Assembly (NCBI GenBank): GCA_026770705.1 | Contig: JANJGN010000018.1 | Location: 80,166,001-80,230,000 of the forward strand | DNA: 64,000 nucleotides | Source: Isurus oxyrinchus | Taxonomy: Eukaryota | Reading direction: 5' to 3' | The notes under the pieces: model-generated | Told to the model about the DNA's origin: nothing | Databases searched by the model: none | Seen by the model: only the letters and a program-made list of their open reading frames with translations | Made by a program: the position numbers and the translations under genes | Shown: piece by piece, positions 39,922 to 53,087 of the stretch | Position numbering within the stretch: position 1 is the first letter of the stretch | Layout of the letters: each line of letters opens with the position of its first letter

Positions 39922-42095
39922 TGGCGTAGTGGTATTGTTGCTGGACTAGTAATCCAGAGACCCAGGGTAATGTTCTGGGGAACCCGTTTTGAATCCTACC
40001 ACAGCAGATGGTGGAACTTGAATTCAATAAAAATCTGGAATTAAAACTCTTATGATGATCATCAAAACATTGTCAACTGTTGTAAAACCCATCTGGTTCG
40101 CTAATGTCCTTTAGAGAAGGAAATCTGTCATTATTACCTGACCCAGATCCACAGCAATGTGGTTGACTAGCACTTGACCTTGGCACTGGAAACGATAACA
40201 GCAATCTCAGCCCTGTTGACCCTGCAGCGTAACATTTGGGGGCGAGAATTGGGAGAACTGTCTCACAGACTAGTTAAGCAACAGCCTGACATAGTCATCC
40301 TCATAGAATCATATTTGACAGATAATGTTCCAGACACTAGCAGAGGTGGCAGCACTGTGATATACAGTTGAGAGGGAGTTGCCCTGGGAGTCCTCAACAT
40401 GGGCAAGGAAACCTCCTGCTGATTACCATGTACCGCCCTCCCTTAGCTGTTGAATCAGCGCTCCACCATGTTGAACACTGCTTGGAGGAAGCACTGAGGG
40501 TGGCAAGGATGCAGAATGTACTCCATCACCACTACTGACTGAGCTGGCTGAGTCTTAAGTGGCATAGCTGCTAGACTGGGTCTGTGGAGGGTGGTAAGGG
40601 AACCAACAAGAGGGAAAAACATACCTGACCTCGTCTTCGACAACCTGTCTGCCGCAGATGCATCTGTCCATAGCAGTATCGGTAGGAGTGACCACCACAC
40701 AGTTGTGGAGACAAAGTCCCATCTTCACATTGAGGATACCCTCCAATGTGTCGTGTGGCACTACCACTGTGCCAAATGGGGTAGATTTTGAACAAATCTC
40801 TCAACTCAAGACTGGGCATCTGTGAGGCGATGTGGGTCATCAGCATCAGCAGAATTGTGCTCGAACGCAATCTGTAACCTCATGGTCCGGCATATCTCCC
40901 ACTCTACCATTACCATCAAGGCAGGGGATCAACCCTGGTTTAATGAAAAATGCAGGAAGGCATGCCAGGAGCAGCACCAGGCATAAATTAAAATGAGGTG
41001 TCAACCTGGTGAAGCTATAACGCAGGACTGCTTGCATGTCAAAAAGCATGAGCAGCAAGTGATAAACACAGCTAAGCAACCCCACAACCAATGGATTTGA
41101 TCTCAGCTCTGCAGTCCTGTCACATCAGTCATGAATGGCAGAGGACGATTAAACAACTCGCTGGAGGAGGAGGCTCCACAAATATTCCCATCCTCAATGA
41201 TGGAGGAGCCCAGCACATCAGTGCAAAAGATAAGATGCTGCCGAGTGGATGATCCATCTCAGCCTTCTCTGGAGGTCCCCAACATCAGAAATGCCAGTCT
41301 TCAGCCAATTCAATTCACTCCATGTGATATCAAGAAACGGCTGAAGGCACTGGATACTGCAAAGGCTATGGACCCTGACAATGTTCTGGCAATAGTACTG
41401 AAAACTTGTTCTCCAGAACTTGCCGTGCCCCTAGCCAAGCTGTTCCAATACAGCTACAACACTGGCATTTACCCAGCTATGTGGAAAATTGCCCAGGTAC
41501 GACCTGTGCACAAAAAGCAGGACAAATCCAGCCCGGCCAATTACTGCCCCGTCGGTCTACTCTAGATCATCAGTAAAATAACGGAAGGGGTCATTAACTG
41601 TGCTATCAAGCTGCACTTGCTTAGCAATAACCTGCTCACTGCTGCCCAGTTTGAGTTCCACCAGGGCCATTCAGCTCCTGACCTCATTACAGCCTTGGTT
41701 CAAACATGGGCAAAACAGCTGAACTCCAGAGGTGAGGTGATAGTGACTGGCCTTGACATTAAGGCCACATTTGATCGAGTGTGGCATCAAGTGGCCTAGC
41801 AAAACTGGAGTCAATTGAAATTAGGGGGAAAACTCTCCGCTGCTTGGAGTCATGCCTCATGCAGGTGGTTGTGGTTGTTGGAGGTCAGTCATCTCAGCTC
41901 CAGCGCATCCTAGGTCCAACCATCTTCAGCTGTTTCATCAATGAGCTTCCTTTCATCATAAGGTCAGAAATGGAGATGTTCGCTGATGATTGCACAATGT
42001 TCAGCACCATTCACGACTCCTCAGATATTGAAGCAGTCCATGTCCAAATGCAGCAATACCCAGGTTTGGGCTGACAAGTGGCAAGTAACATTTGC
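39922..42095 (+). mobile_element. LINE with tRNA-derived SINE-like 5' end, then APE endonuclease and RT (degraded, 3'-truncated)
   Basis: SINE-like sequence 39922-40168, then NIWG...PDIVILIESYL (APE), VREPTRGKNIPDLV, WKIAQVRPVHKK, LDIKATFDRVWHQ and FADD. Confidence 0.85.
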
Positions 42096-42385
42096 ATCAA
42101 AATTCAGAAACTATCCTCCTGGATTACGTATCAAATTTCAGGGAAACATTGAAGAGAGCTGGCTAGGGAATGTTTAAAGATATCACAGGAAGTGATGAAA
42201 GTGAAAACAGAAAGATGAGAGCTAAAAGTTGCAGCTTTGTTTGTGGAGCAAAAGTACTAGTTTTGTTGCCAGCACAAGGTGATTCATTAAATGCAAGATT
42301 TAGTGGGCCTTACAGGATTGAAAAAAAATTGAGTGAAATAAGTTATTTAATCAATACTCCAGATAGAAGAAGGAACAAAAGGGTG

Positions 42386-45300
42386 TACAGGGAGATGGTG
42401 TACATCTGAACCAGAGCGGGACTAACATTCTTACGGGCGGGTTTGCTAGTGCTGTTGGGAGGAGCTTAAACTAATTCGGCAGGGGGAGGGGACACAGAAT
42501 GTTAGCAGAATAGGGACACATCATAACACAGTAAAACAATCAAGTCAGAGGGAGGACAACTGTGTTAAGTTTCAAGGGAGTAAGGCAAGGCTGGATGGCC
42601 TCTACTTTAATGCCAGGAACATTACAGGTAAAACGGATGAGTTAAGGGTGAGCATTGACACGTGGAATTGTGATATAGTAGCCATCACTGAGACGTGATT
42701 GAGGGAAGGGCAGGATTGGCAGCACAACTTTCCAGGATATAGAATCTTCAGGTGAGACAGGGGAGGGGGTAAAAGAGGAGGAGGCATTGCATTATTAGTC
42801 AAAGAATCGGTTACTGCAGTAAGGAGAGATGTTATCTTGGAGGGGGCTTTGAATGAAGCTTTCTCGATAGAGCTTAGGAATAAAAAAAGGGCAGCCACAT
42901 TGTTAAGTATTTATTATAGACCCCCAGATCATCAGTAGGAAATTGAGAAGCAAATATGTGCACAATTTGCGAAGGAGTGTAAAAACAATAACAATAGGGT
43001 AATTATATTAGATGATTTCAACTTTCCCAACATTAATTGGGATAGACATAGTGTTAAGGGCTTGGATGGAGTGGATTTCTTGAAATGTGTACAGGAGAAC
43101 TTTTTAGGTCAATATGTAGAGGGTCCAACAAGGGACGGCACAGTGCTGGACCTAATTCTGGGGAATGAAGCTGGACAGGCAGCTGAGGTGGTGGTGGGGG
43201 AACATTTTAGTGATAGCGACCACAACATGGTACAATTTAAGCTTGTTATGGACAAAGAAATAGACAAGTTGCAAAAAAATGTTTTGGATTGGGGGAGAGT
43301 GGATTTTAGTAAAATAAGGCAGGATCTGGCCCAGGTAGACTGGGAACAGCTACTTGTGGGGAAATCTATAGAGGAGTAGTGGGGGGTGTTCAAAAAGGAA
43401 ATGAGGAGGGTACAGGCTCAACGTGTCCCCTCTAGGTTGATAGGAAGGAGTAACAAGCCCAGAGAACCATGGATGACCAGAGATGTTCAGGATACGATGT
43501 GAAGGAAAAGAGAGGCTTTTAGCAGGTACAAGGGAAGCAAGTCAGCGGAGTCATTAATGGAGTACAGAAAGTGCAGGGTGGAGCTTAAGAAAGCAATTAG
43601 GAGAGCAAAGAACAGATATAAGAAAGCTCTGGCTGGTAAAAATAGAGAAAATCCCAAGTTATTCTATAAGTATATCAATGGGAAGAGAATAACCAGGGAA
43701 AGAGTAGGGCCCATTAGGGACCAAGGGGGCAATCTATGGGTGGAGCCAGAGGACATCATTAGAGTGTTGAACGAATACTTCACATCCATCTTCACCCAAG
43801 AGAATGAGGTTGAAGGTATTGATCTCAGGGAGAGAGACTGCAAGGTTCTTGAGCAAATTGATATAGGGAGTGACAAGGTATTGGAAGTTTTGGCAGGCTT
43901 AAAAGTGGACAATCTCCAGGTCTGGATGATTTGTGTCCCAGACTGCTGAGGGAGGCAAGGAAGGAGATCGCAGAGGCCCTGACCCAAATTTTTTATTCAT
44001 CTTTGGCCACAGGGGAGGTGCCAGAGGACTGGAGAACAGTTAATGTGGTTCCACTATTTAAGAAGGGTTGTAGAGATAAGCTAGGGAATTATAGGCCAGT
44101 GAATCTCAAGTCAGTGGTAGGGAAACTATTGGAGAAAATTCTGAAGGAGAGAATCTATCTCCACTTGGAGAGGCAAGGTTTGACCAGGAATAGTCAGCAT
44201 GGATTTGTCAGAGGGAGGTCATGCCTAACAAATTTGATTGAATTTTTTGAGGAGGTGACCAGGTGTGTAGATGAGGGTAGTACAGTTAATGTAGTTTATA
44301 TGGATTTCAGCAGAGCCCTTGACAAGGTCCCACATGGGAGACTTATAAAGAAGGCAAATGCACATGGGATTCAGGGTAATTTGATAAGGTGGATTCAAAA
44401 TTGACTTAGTTGTAGGAGACAGAGGGTGATGACAGAAGGATGTTTTGTGACTGGAAGCCATGTCCAGTGGCGTACCACAGGGATCTATGCTGGGTCCCCT
44501 ATTATTCGTCATTTATATAAATGACATAGATGACTATGTGGGGGGTAGGATGAGTATGTTTGCGGATGACACAAAGATTGGCTGGGTGGTTAACAGTGTG
44601 GTTGAGTGTCTTGGGCTACAGGAAGATATAGATGGGATGGTCAAATGGGCAGATAAGTGGCAGAAGGAATTTAACCCTGAAAAGTATGAGGTGATACACT
44701 TTGGAAGGAGTAATTTGACAAGGAAGTATTCAATGAACGGCATGGAAGTTCTGAGGAACAAAGGGACCTTGTCATGTGTGTCCATAGATCTCTGAAGGCA
44801 GAGGAGCATGTTAATGGGGTGGTGAAAAAGGCATATGGGACACTTGCCTTTATCAATCGAGGCATAGATTACAAAAGTAGGGAGGTCATGTTGGAGTTGT
44901 ACAGAACCTTGGTGAGGCCACAGCTGGAGTACTGTGTGTAGTTCTTGTCGCCACATTATAGGAAGGATGTGATAGCACTAGAGGGAGTGCAGAGGAGATT
45001 CACCAGGATGTTGCCTGGGATGAAACATTTAAGTTATGAAGAGAGGTTGGATAGACTTGGGTTGTTTTCATTGGAGCAGAGAAGACTGAGGGGCGACCTG
45101 ATTGAGGTGTACAAGATTATGAGGGGCATGGACAGGGTGGATAGGGAAAAGCTGTTCCCCTTAATTGAAGGGTCAGTCACAAGGGGGCATAAGTTCAAGG
45201 TGAGGGGCAAGAGGTTTAGGGGGTATGTGAGGAAAAGTTCTTTTACCCAGAGGGTGGTGACGGTCTGGAATGCACTGCCTGGGAGGGCAGTAGAGATGGG

Positions 45301-45485
45301 TTGCCTCACATCCTTTAAAAAGTACCTGAATGAGCACTTGTCACGTCATAACATTCAAGGCAATGGGCCAAGTGCTGGTAAATGGGACTGGAGAGGTAGG
45401 TCAGGTGTTTCTCACATGTCAGTGCAGACTCAATGGGCTGAAGGGTCTCTTCTGCACTGTGTGATCCTGTGATCCTGTGGTCTGT
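42386..45485 (+). mobile_element. CR1 (HER1-like) LINE: ORF1 end plus near-complete ORF2 with stops and frameshifts, octamer tail
   Basis: DIVAITET endonuclease motif; ORFs 43062, 43557, 43931, 44460 (GVPQGSMLGPLLFVIYIND...FADDTK) and 44945; (GATCCTGT)n tail at ~45463. Confidence 0.93.
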
Positions 45486-45943
45486 GGTCTGTCATGTAAA
45501 TATGCTTAAAAAGTACTTTGACAGGGAAGAGGGAAAAAAGAGGTATTAGTGATAGTGGATGATGAGAAAAGAGGTAGAAGTGCAGGACTCTGAAATTGAT
45601 TTTCCTCTAATCAAATTAGATAATGAGGGGGTGCTTGAAAATTTAAATGAAATATTGAGCTACATTCCAAGCAAGTGTCAAAGTGATTTGGAAAAGCTAT
45701 TGCAGTCATTCAAAGATATTTGTGGAAATAAACTGGGAAGAACAAATTTAGCTATACATGATGTGCCTGTAGAAGTTTCATCTTCGCTAAGGCAATATCC
45801 TTGTAGATTAAATCCGGCAAAGTTATCAAAAGTACAGAAAGAAATAGAAATCATGCTTCAAAATGATATCATCGAGTCTTGTTGCAGGAAGTAGAGCTCA
45901 CCTATTGTGCTGGTATCGAAATTGGATGGAACACAAAGAATGT

Positions 45944-46619
45944 GGGCAGAATTCTTACCTTGATGGGCGGGCGGGCCCCATCGGCAGCTCGGCAGTGGGC
46001 GGGCAGCCGAACCCTGTTGCCGAAACGGGGCCCACTGCCATTTTTGAGTGAACTGCCCGATGGGAAGTACTATGCGCTTCCTGTGCGGGGGGTGGAGGGA
46101 ATCCTCATCTGTCAAAGTGCGCTCTTTCACACATGCACGCAAAAGAGCGCACTGCTCCCTGAGGCAAAGTCCTGTCTCAGGGAGATTCGTGAGAGGTAAG
46201 TAAACTCTAAAAATAGAGAAATATTAAAATTATTAACATGCCCCCCTCATGAGACAATGTCACGTGAGATGAGACATGTTAATAATAAACACATAAAATA
46301 TAATAAATTTTTAAAAAAACAGACATGAAACTTCATCCCGCCAGTGGATGAAATTTCATTGATAATCTGCAGCCCGCTGGGGCTTCTGGCCTTAAGGTTG
46401 GCCAGGCAGTGTGTTTAACAAGGTTAATTAGCCTTTCAATGGCCTTAATTGGCCATTGACAGGTCGGTGGGTGGACAGCAGATTTCACCATCCACCCACC
46501 TTCATGAATATTTAAAGGGACTGGGATGACATCGGCGATTCCTCCCGACATCATCCCGTGTCATTTTCCCCTTGGCGAGCGGGCCCCACCCCCAAATCAC
46601 CGAGGGGAAAATTCTGGCC
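45944..46619. mobile_element. PIF/Harbinger-type MITE
   Basis: Ends GGGCAGAATTCTT...AAAATTCTGGCC. TGT TSD at 45941-45943 and 46620-46622; removal restores the Gypsy RT frame QRM|CVDY. Confidence 0.88.
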
Positions 46620-46759
46620 TGTGTGTGGACTACCTAAAGGTGAATGAGCTGATAAAAGCAGATTCATATCCTATGCCATGGCTGGAAGATTGTATTGTGA
46701 AAGTGGGACAACCAAAATTTATCACAAAGATTGATGAGCTCCAGGGCATCTTGCTCATA

Positions 46760-47640
46760 CCTCAAAAGGATTAGGAGGGTAGCGGGGCCGCCGCTGGTCC
46801 GCGACCTTTCTTTATTGTTGTGGGCAGTCTCCTCCTGAAAGGATAGAGGAGCATTGATTAGTCCCTTCTGTAAATGCAGCCCCATCACAGTCTGACCAAC
46901 CCCAATTGAGCAGCACCTGGCAGGGCACATCCAAATTGTAGCCCTCAAGCCACAGGCACTTAGCCTAAGCAGCCAGGGCTCACCCACTTGGCCAGCTCCA
47001 GTGTGATAGCCAGTTGGCACTCAGACTCTAGCACCCTGATGTCCACATGGGGGACGGCGAGGCCTTAACAGATCTGCACACTGACCCATGCCAACATGGA
47101 ACTCACCATTCCTGAGTACAGCAGGTCATTGAAGCGCTTCTGGCACTGCACACAGGAGCACCGCACCACGTCATGGCTGCTGACCAGTGCTTCCACCTCC
47201 TCCCATACCCTCTTGGTGAGGTGCGGTGGCCTCCTCCTCCCATTCCTGGAGACAAGGGTGTCTCACTGCCTCCAGGAGGACGGCGAAGCACTCATTACAG
47301 AAGCTGGGGGCCGAGTACCCTCCTGACTTGCCCTCCCCCCTGCCATGTCCACTTCAGTCGGGTCCATTATACCAGCTCAGGAAACATCCTCCATGGCAGC
47401 CTTCCAGGGACTGCCTGGTCTACCTTTAAACTAGCTGCTGGGTCGCCTTTGGGCCCAGCAGCTGATAGGCCACCCACCCCTGTACAGCCCTTCCTGGCCA
47501 GTGCGGAGCCACATTTTACATTGGGCAGGCCTTAATTGGCATGAAATCACAGTCGGGGCCTGGTTGCGGGCGGCAGTCAGTTTCACAGTTGCTCCCGGGC
47601 CCACCCGACGCTCCCACCCAACGAGGGGAAAATCCCTCAA
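46760..47640 (-). mobile_element. Harbinger end fragment with Myb/SANT exon
   Basis: Minus strand 47.1-47.3 kb reads KRVWEEVEALVSSHDVVRCSCVQCQKRFNDL; TIR-like GGGGAAAATCCC at ~47630. Confidence 0.7.
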
Positions 47641-48854
47641 CAAGGCAATATAGTCTTCCTTTTTAAATAGAAGTAGAAAGCTTAATCTTATGCACTATTG
47701 CACTTTAAATGACAGCTGAAAGACATGAGTACATTGGTACAATCTGGTAAAAGGTAACTTCAGGGCGAATGAGAACAACCACTTTTTGTACAAAGTATGA
47801 TTAAAACGTCAGTAGAACATGAGAAATAGGAGCAGGGATAGGCCATTCGGCCCATTGAGCCTGCTCTGCCATTCAATAAAATCATGGCTGATCTGATCAT
47901 GGCCTCAATTCCACTTTCCGCTTTCCTGCCTGAAGTTCCAAACACGGCCACCCTCTTGCAGTGTGCCTCCAAATCCAAAGATGGCTGATGCTGCTGTTGT
48001 TGCATCAAGAATAAATAATTCACTGTTCTGGCACTGCTATAACTTCTCCTTTTACAGTGAGCTAAAGCTTTGGTGTACAACATAGTATCTGCAGCAAAGA
48101 ATTACTCCAACATTCTTTTTAATTGTTCTCCCTCTAACATACAAAACCTGCCCGTGATCGTCATTGTAATAAGGTATATTTCTCCTACCTATATGAGATG
48201 AAGGCTATACAGTTATATAAGCTGAACCACGGGCAACATGGGCTTCTTGAAAATAAATGGACTCCACTGAAAATAAATTATAATCGTATGTTAAACCATT
48301 GCATACATGAATTGTGATAAGTGAAAATTTCATATGGTAGGAAGTCATTTTATCATTTGAGAGGTCAGTCACTGGAACACAAAGTCCTCTGGGACCCCTC
48401 ACTGTGGAATATCAAAAACCAAGGGCCATTCTTTTTGTTTGTGATTATGCTCTCTTTCATCCCTTCCTTTGAATTTGGAGTGGGATACTGATTTTGCTAT
48501 GTACATGAGCCTCATCTTCCACCTGCTACATTTATCTTTGGGACAAAACTTCTGAGGTGTGGTAACTATCGTCGGATTGCCACTCCGCTCCTATTTCTTC
48601 CCACTAAGATTGAGTTTTGCATTTCTGGCTCGGACTTCCAAACTGGATCTCTTCAGAAATGTGGAGCATGCCTGTTCTGGGAGTCCTCCTTCAAAGTGAA
48701 ATATCAACGTAGGAAGCCAAACCATGTCCCTTTATCATGGCACTAGCTGCCATATCTTGGTTAAGTCTTCATTCACTAATATGTTGGTGAAAAGCTTTCA
48801 AACATTTAAACAGCTTTTCACTGTGTTATTGATTGAGTGTGTCAGGAAAGTGGC

Positions 48855-49100
48855 TAGGGTGGTAGGTGGCAGGATGGAAAGGATACCAGAAGAGTAGGGT
48901 GGCAGGGTGAGCATAGTGGCAGGATGGGTAGGGTGGCAGGGAGTGTGCAGCAGGTGAGGTGCCAGCTGGGTAGGGTGGCAAGGTAGGTAGGGTGGTGAGG
49001 TTGGGTCAGGTCAGGTTGCGGGAGTTGGAGGATCTTGAGCTCGGAGCATCAGAAAGGCTTCCGAGGGTTGGTGGGGATTTGGAGGGTTGGAGGGCTTGGA
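48855..49100. repeat. G-rich (GGTAGGGTGGCA)-like low-complexity repeat
   Basis: Repeated agggtggcagg units are visible directly. Confidence 0.7.
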
Positions 49101-49152
49101 CTGTTGCCCAGGGCACAAATGACAGCAATTTACATATGCAATGGCTGGGCTA

Positions 49153-52031
49153 GGGTGGAATTTTCACAAATCTGCATAAAGTACAAAGGTGGATAAAACG
49201 GCGTGCTGTCCAGCGAAGGCGATGATGGGTTTTCACTCCGTATTGTCCCGAGCCTGCCTCATTATTCAGGCATTCCCAGGATACGCACCATTTCCATGGC
49301 AGGAGGGGTCCTCATTCACCCGCCTGCCATCGCCCCACTGTTGCATCACGCCGGACACCATGTTTAAAGGCCAGCTGCAAGCACAGTGCTCATTGCTTCC
49401 AGCTCACCACGGCTGCATGGGAGACATGACCCTCAAAGGCAAGAAGACTGCAGCCCCCCAGTTTAATGATGGGTCCCTACAGTGACAGCTGGATGCTGTG
49501 GAGCCCCACTCTGGCTGCAGGATGGGCAGTAAGGTGACCAATCTTGCTTGGAAGGTGGTGGCAGCTCTGGTCAGTGCCAACATCCTTCAGAAGAGGACAG
49601 CCACCTAGTGCTGCAAGAGGATGAATGATCTCCTCCATTCCACAAGGGTAAATCACTCTTTTCATCACTCTCAATGCACACACACACACAAACCCAGCAC
49701 ACATCCACAGGGCCCTCACTCACTGCCAATTCAAAGGACATCACCATTCATTCACACACACTCACCATCATTGTCCTCATTTCATCCATGGAACCACTCA
49801 TCAGCTGCACAGGCCAGGCACATTTATCATCTGACCTGACAGGTGTCCTGCTTGCACTTTCTCCACCTCTATCCATGCAGGACAAGCAGGCACGCAACAA
49901 GAGGGAGAGGTCGCAAACTGATGGCAGAAAGCCTGAAATCAAGGTCCTCATGGGCTTTGAAATCAGAGCCATCCAACTGGCTGGTGAAGATCTGGACCGG
50001 TCCTGTGTTGATGGTGAGGCTAGTGCTGATGTACCAAGTGCGGATCAAGCAGTGCAACATCCACCAAATAACCATGCCATGAGTGACATGTTCTCTTTCA
50101 CAGGCCACTGCCATGCACTAATTATCTCGCTTTGCTTTTGCAGGCACATCTACCAAACAGCCAACAAAATCCATGACCCAGGGCCTCCAATCAAGCCCTT
50201 CAAAACCTCTGAAGAGGAATCTGGAGGCACCCTCCCCGAAGTCCCATCACAACACTCACCCACACCCTCCACCAGTGCAGAGACACAGACCTAGGTGGGA
50301 CCTAGCTTTAGAGTGGCCCTGGGATCACAATCTGTTGAACACATCACACTGTCTGATCCATCGAAAGTTGTGGTAGGGAATTTCCTAGTGTCCGGCACTC
50401 AAAGGACTGCTGGAGGCCAGAAATTTGCTGAGCCCGTGTCAGATGACGAGTCTCTGGTCTCAGTCATGTTATAGTTGCTGGAGCTGCAAAGGCAAGCTCG
50501 GGAACATCAGGAAGGGATGTCCGCTGCACTCCTCAGATTGCAAGGCATGATGGAGGAGTCCACCCACCCTTAATCTGAGGTGATAGCACCGGCCTGCCAA
50601 TGCACCGAGGTCAACACTGGTAGGATGGTGACTGCCATGGAGACCTTGGTCCGGGACTTTGCTCCTGCACTGCTGCACAGACTCAAATCCATCACTGATG
50701 CTATAGTTGGCCTCCAACAGTGTGTACACGAGAAGGATGCCAGGCAACTCCAGCTACCCTGCTCCTCAAGGAGTCAGCCTGGAGCTCCAGGCACCCATAG
50801 GGAAGAGGATCCGCAGGTGCACAGTCCAGGCCCATCCATCCAGGTGACTCCCTCTTCCTGTGACCTCAGCAGCTCTAGCTCCACAAGCCTAGGAGGGTGC
50901 CACTGCCAGAAGGACCCTGAAAGCAGGCCGGGACCCTCTAAGTCTCGGCCTTTCAGGGGACGCACGCCAGAGGGCATCGCAGTCAACAGATAAGTGTGCT
51001 GCATGGCTGCCCTGTTAGCTTGAACCATGAGGGAGACTGATCCAAACCGAGATGCTAACATTGCAAGGGGCTGTGAGTGCCTCCTGCAGTGAAGGGATTG
51101 TACAACATGTGCTATTCAACTGCTCTGCAGTCCACTGAAGTGCTGATGAATTTGCAGTCTGTGATGTGGAGGGGGAGCTCTCGAGAATTTGGTGGCACTT
51201 TGATGCCTCTGTGTTGCTTGAGTGGGCAGATAAGCTAGGAGCCCAACCCCAGTCATATCAATGTGGCTGCACCAGAACTGTCTCAGTTGCAGAGGAATGG
51301 TCAATTTCTATAGGTTTCCTAAATGCATGGCCACTTCCCTCACCCATCCTATCCCCCCACCCCAAATGCTTGTGCACTATATTCAACAGCAGGGCATTTC
51401 TTGCCCGCTGCCACCAGCCCCCCACCCCACCGCCTCCCCCCCACCGCCTCCCCCCCACCCCCCACCCAGCACCAGTCGTCTCAACAGCAAGGCTGCACTT
51501 GCCACCCCCTCACAAGTCGCCTTAGGGGCAGGGCTGCACCTAACTCCAACCCCCTGGTCCCCCTGAAGCCTGCAAAGCAACAGACGACCCTGGCGAGCTC
51601 TGCAGAAAGCTCTGCCGTGCGCTCACCTCCAGTTCACCCAAAAAGCAGGCCACCAAGTGCACATCGCCTCTGTGCTGTTGTGAAACACGTTGGTGTGCTT
51701 TCCCGCTGACTTGGACGGACGATCCAGCAGGGGTGCAAAAGCCTTGCAGGATAGCCTGATAATGGCTTGCTGATGTATTAGTGAGGTTCCCAGCAACTGA
51801 TGGTGGGTTCAGCGGAAAATCATGACCTGCCTCCCCACCATCGTGAAACCGATTGTGCCATTTTGTCCAGGCTATTGAGTTGGATGATCAGCCATGATCA
51901 TAGTGAATGGCGGAGCAGACTCAAAGGGCCAAATGGCCTACTCCTGCTCCTAGTTTCTATGCTGCTGTGTTTCTATGTCCACTCATGCCACCTATCATGC
52001 CCGCTGCTAGAGGCCACGGAAAATTCCGCCC
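49153..52031 (+). mobile_element. Non-autonomous PIF/Harbinger element retaining a degraded three-exon Myb/SANT gene
   Basis: TIRs GGGTGGAATTTTC...GAAAATTCCGCCC with CTA TSD (49150-49152, 52032-52034). Exons read AWKVVAALVSA...CKRMNDL|gt and ag|DKQARNKRERSQTDG. Confidence 0.85.
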
Positions 52032-53087
52032 CTAGTGTATTGAGTTCACTCATTGCCATTTCAGGAAACCAAGTTTACTTTGCATAATCACATTTTTGAA
52101 CATCTTCTTTCTCTCCACGTGTGTGAACCATGCCCATTGTGGCTAATTATTTCAAAAACTCCCCTCTTTCCTATTCAGATCTCTCTGGCATTCCTTCCTA
52201 AGCTTTCCATTGTTCAAAACAAGACCAATGCAAATGTAGGAACAGAGGGCAGCTTTCTGGCACACTACGGCATTAGCAACTTCAAACCTTAACCATCTTT
52301 CTCAGTTTCTTCAGGTGCTACTGGGAGAGCATTATTGTTTGAGGCAGGTATAAAAGGTTAGTATTAATATTGTTTATCTTTTATTGGAACACGATTCTGG
52401 CTAGGGAGTCTGATTTACAGTGCTGGATCATCTTTCCTTTTTCCATTCAGGAGGTGGCAGCCTGCTGTCTGCCCTTAGCATTTTCAAGAAGAGTTTGGGA
52501 TGCCTTCTTCTGCTCCAACATATGGGGGTTGCCTCCTGGTGTTCGTCACTTTTTCTTTGGTCCAGTTGCAGGAACACTGGGCTGAATTTTACACTTGGGT
52601 TGGGTCCCTGAGAGTTGCCAGCCATCAAATGGCCAGCTGCTTTCTGGCCCCATCTGGGCAAACAGGAGTGGTAGCCTCTGCTGCCAGACGGAAGTGTGCT
52701 GCAATGGAGCACGAACAAAGTTAACTCCAGGGTGACGTGCTGGGGTGAATGGGGCAGATGGGAATGGGAAATATCTGGGGGATACGTTGGGGACCTTTGA
52801 TAAACATGGAAAGGATACAGCCTCCCCTTGCCTGGCCACCCTTCTGCCAGATTTTATCTGGCGGGCTAGACACTTGGCGCCAGCCCATTAATTGTCTACT
52901 TAAGGGCCTCAATTGCCCCAGGGATGAGCAGGTCACCCAATGCCTCCGGTGCCACTGGCAAAATAGTAGCAGGACAGGCGAGGGCAGGTAGGTGCCAGCA
53001 TCATCCAACTTTACAGCCCCATCTGCCTACCATCCCAAACCCAGAGGCTGCTTTTTTACTTTGGGAAAGAGGCACCTAATTCATAAA

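Larger units (their letters stand above)
42096..46745 (+). mobile_element. Gmr1-like Gypsy pol remnant (integrase C-terminus upstream of RT), split by a CR1 and a MITE
   Basis: LNARFSGPYRIEKKLSEISYLINTPDRRRNKRV|CHVNMLKKY (GPY/F module) precedes QYPCRLNP...SSPIVLVSKLDGTQRM|CVDYLKVN...DSYPMP (RT N-terminus). Confidence 0.8.

Noticed and set aside
51166-51709. Overlapping Pro/Gly-rich ORFs (similar ones at 34260-35049)
   Set aside because: These are C-rich low-complexity tracts within transposon remnants that lack stops because of base composition.
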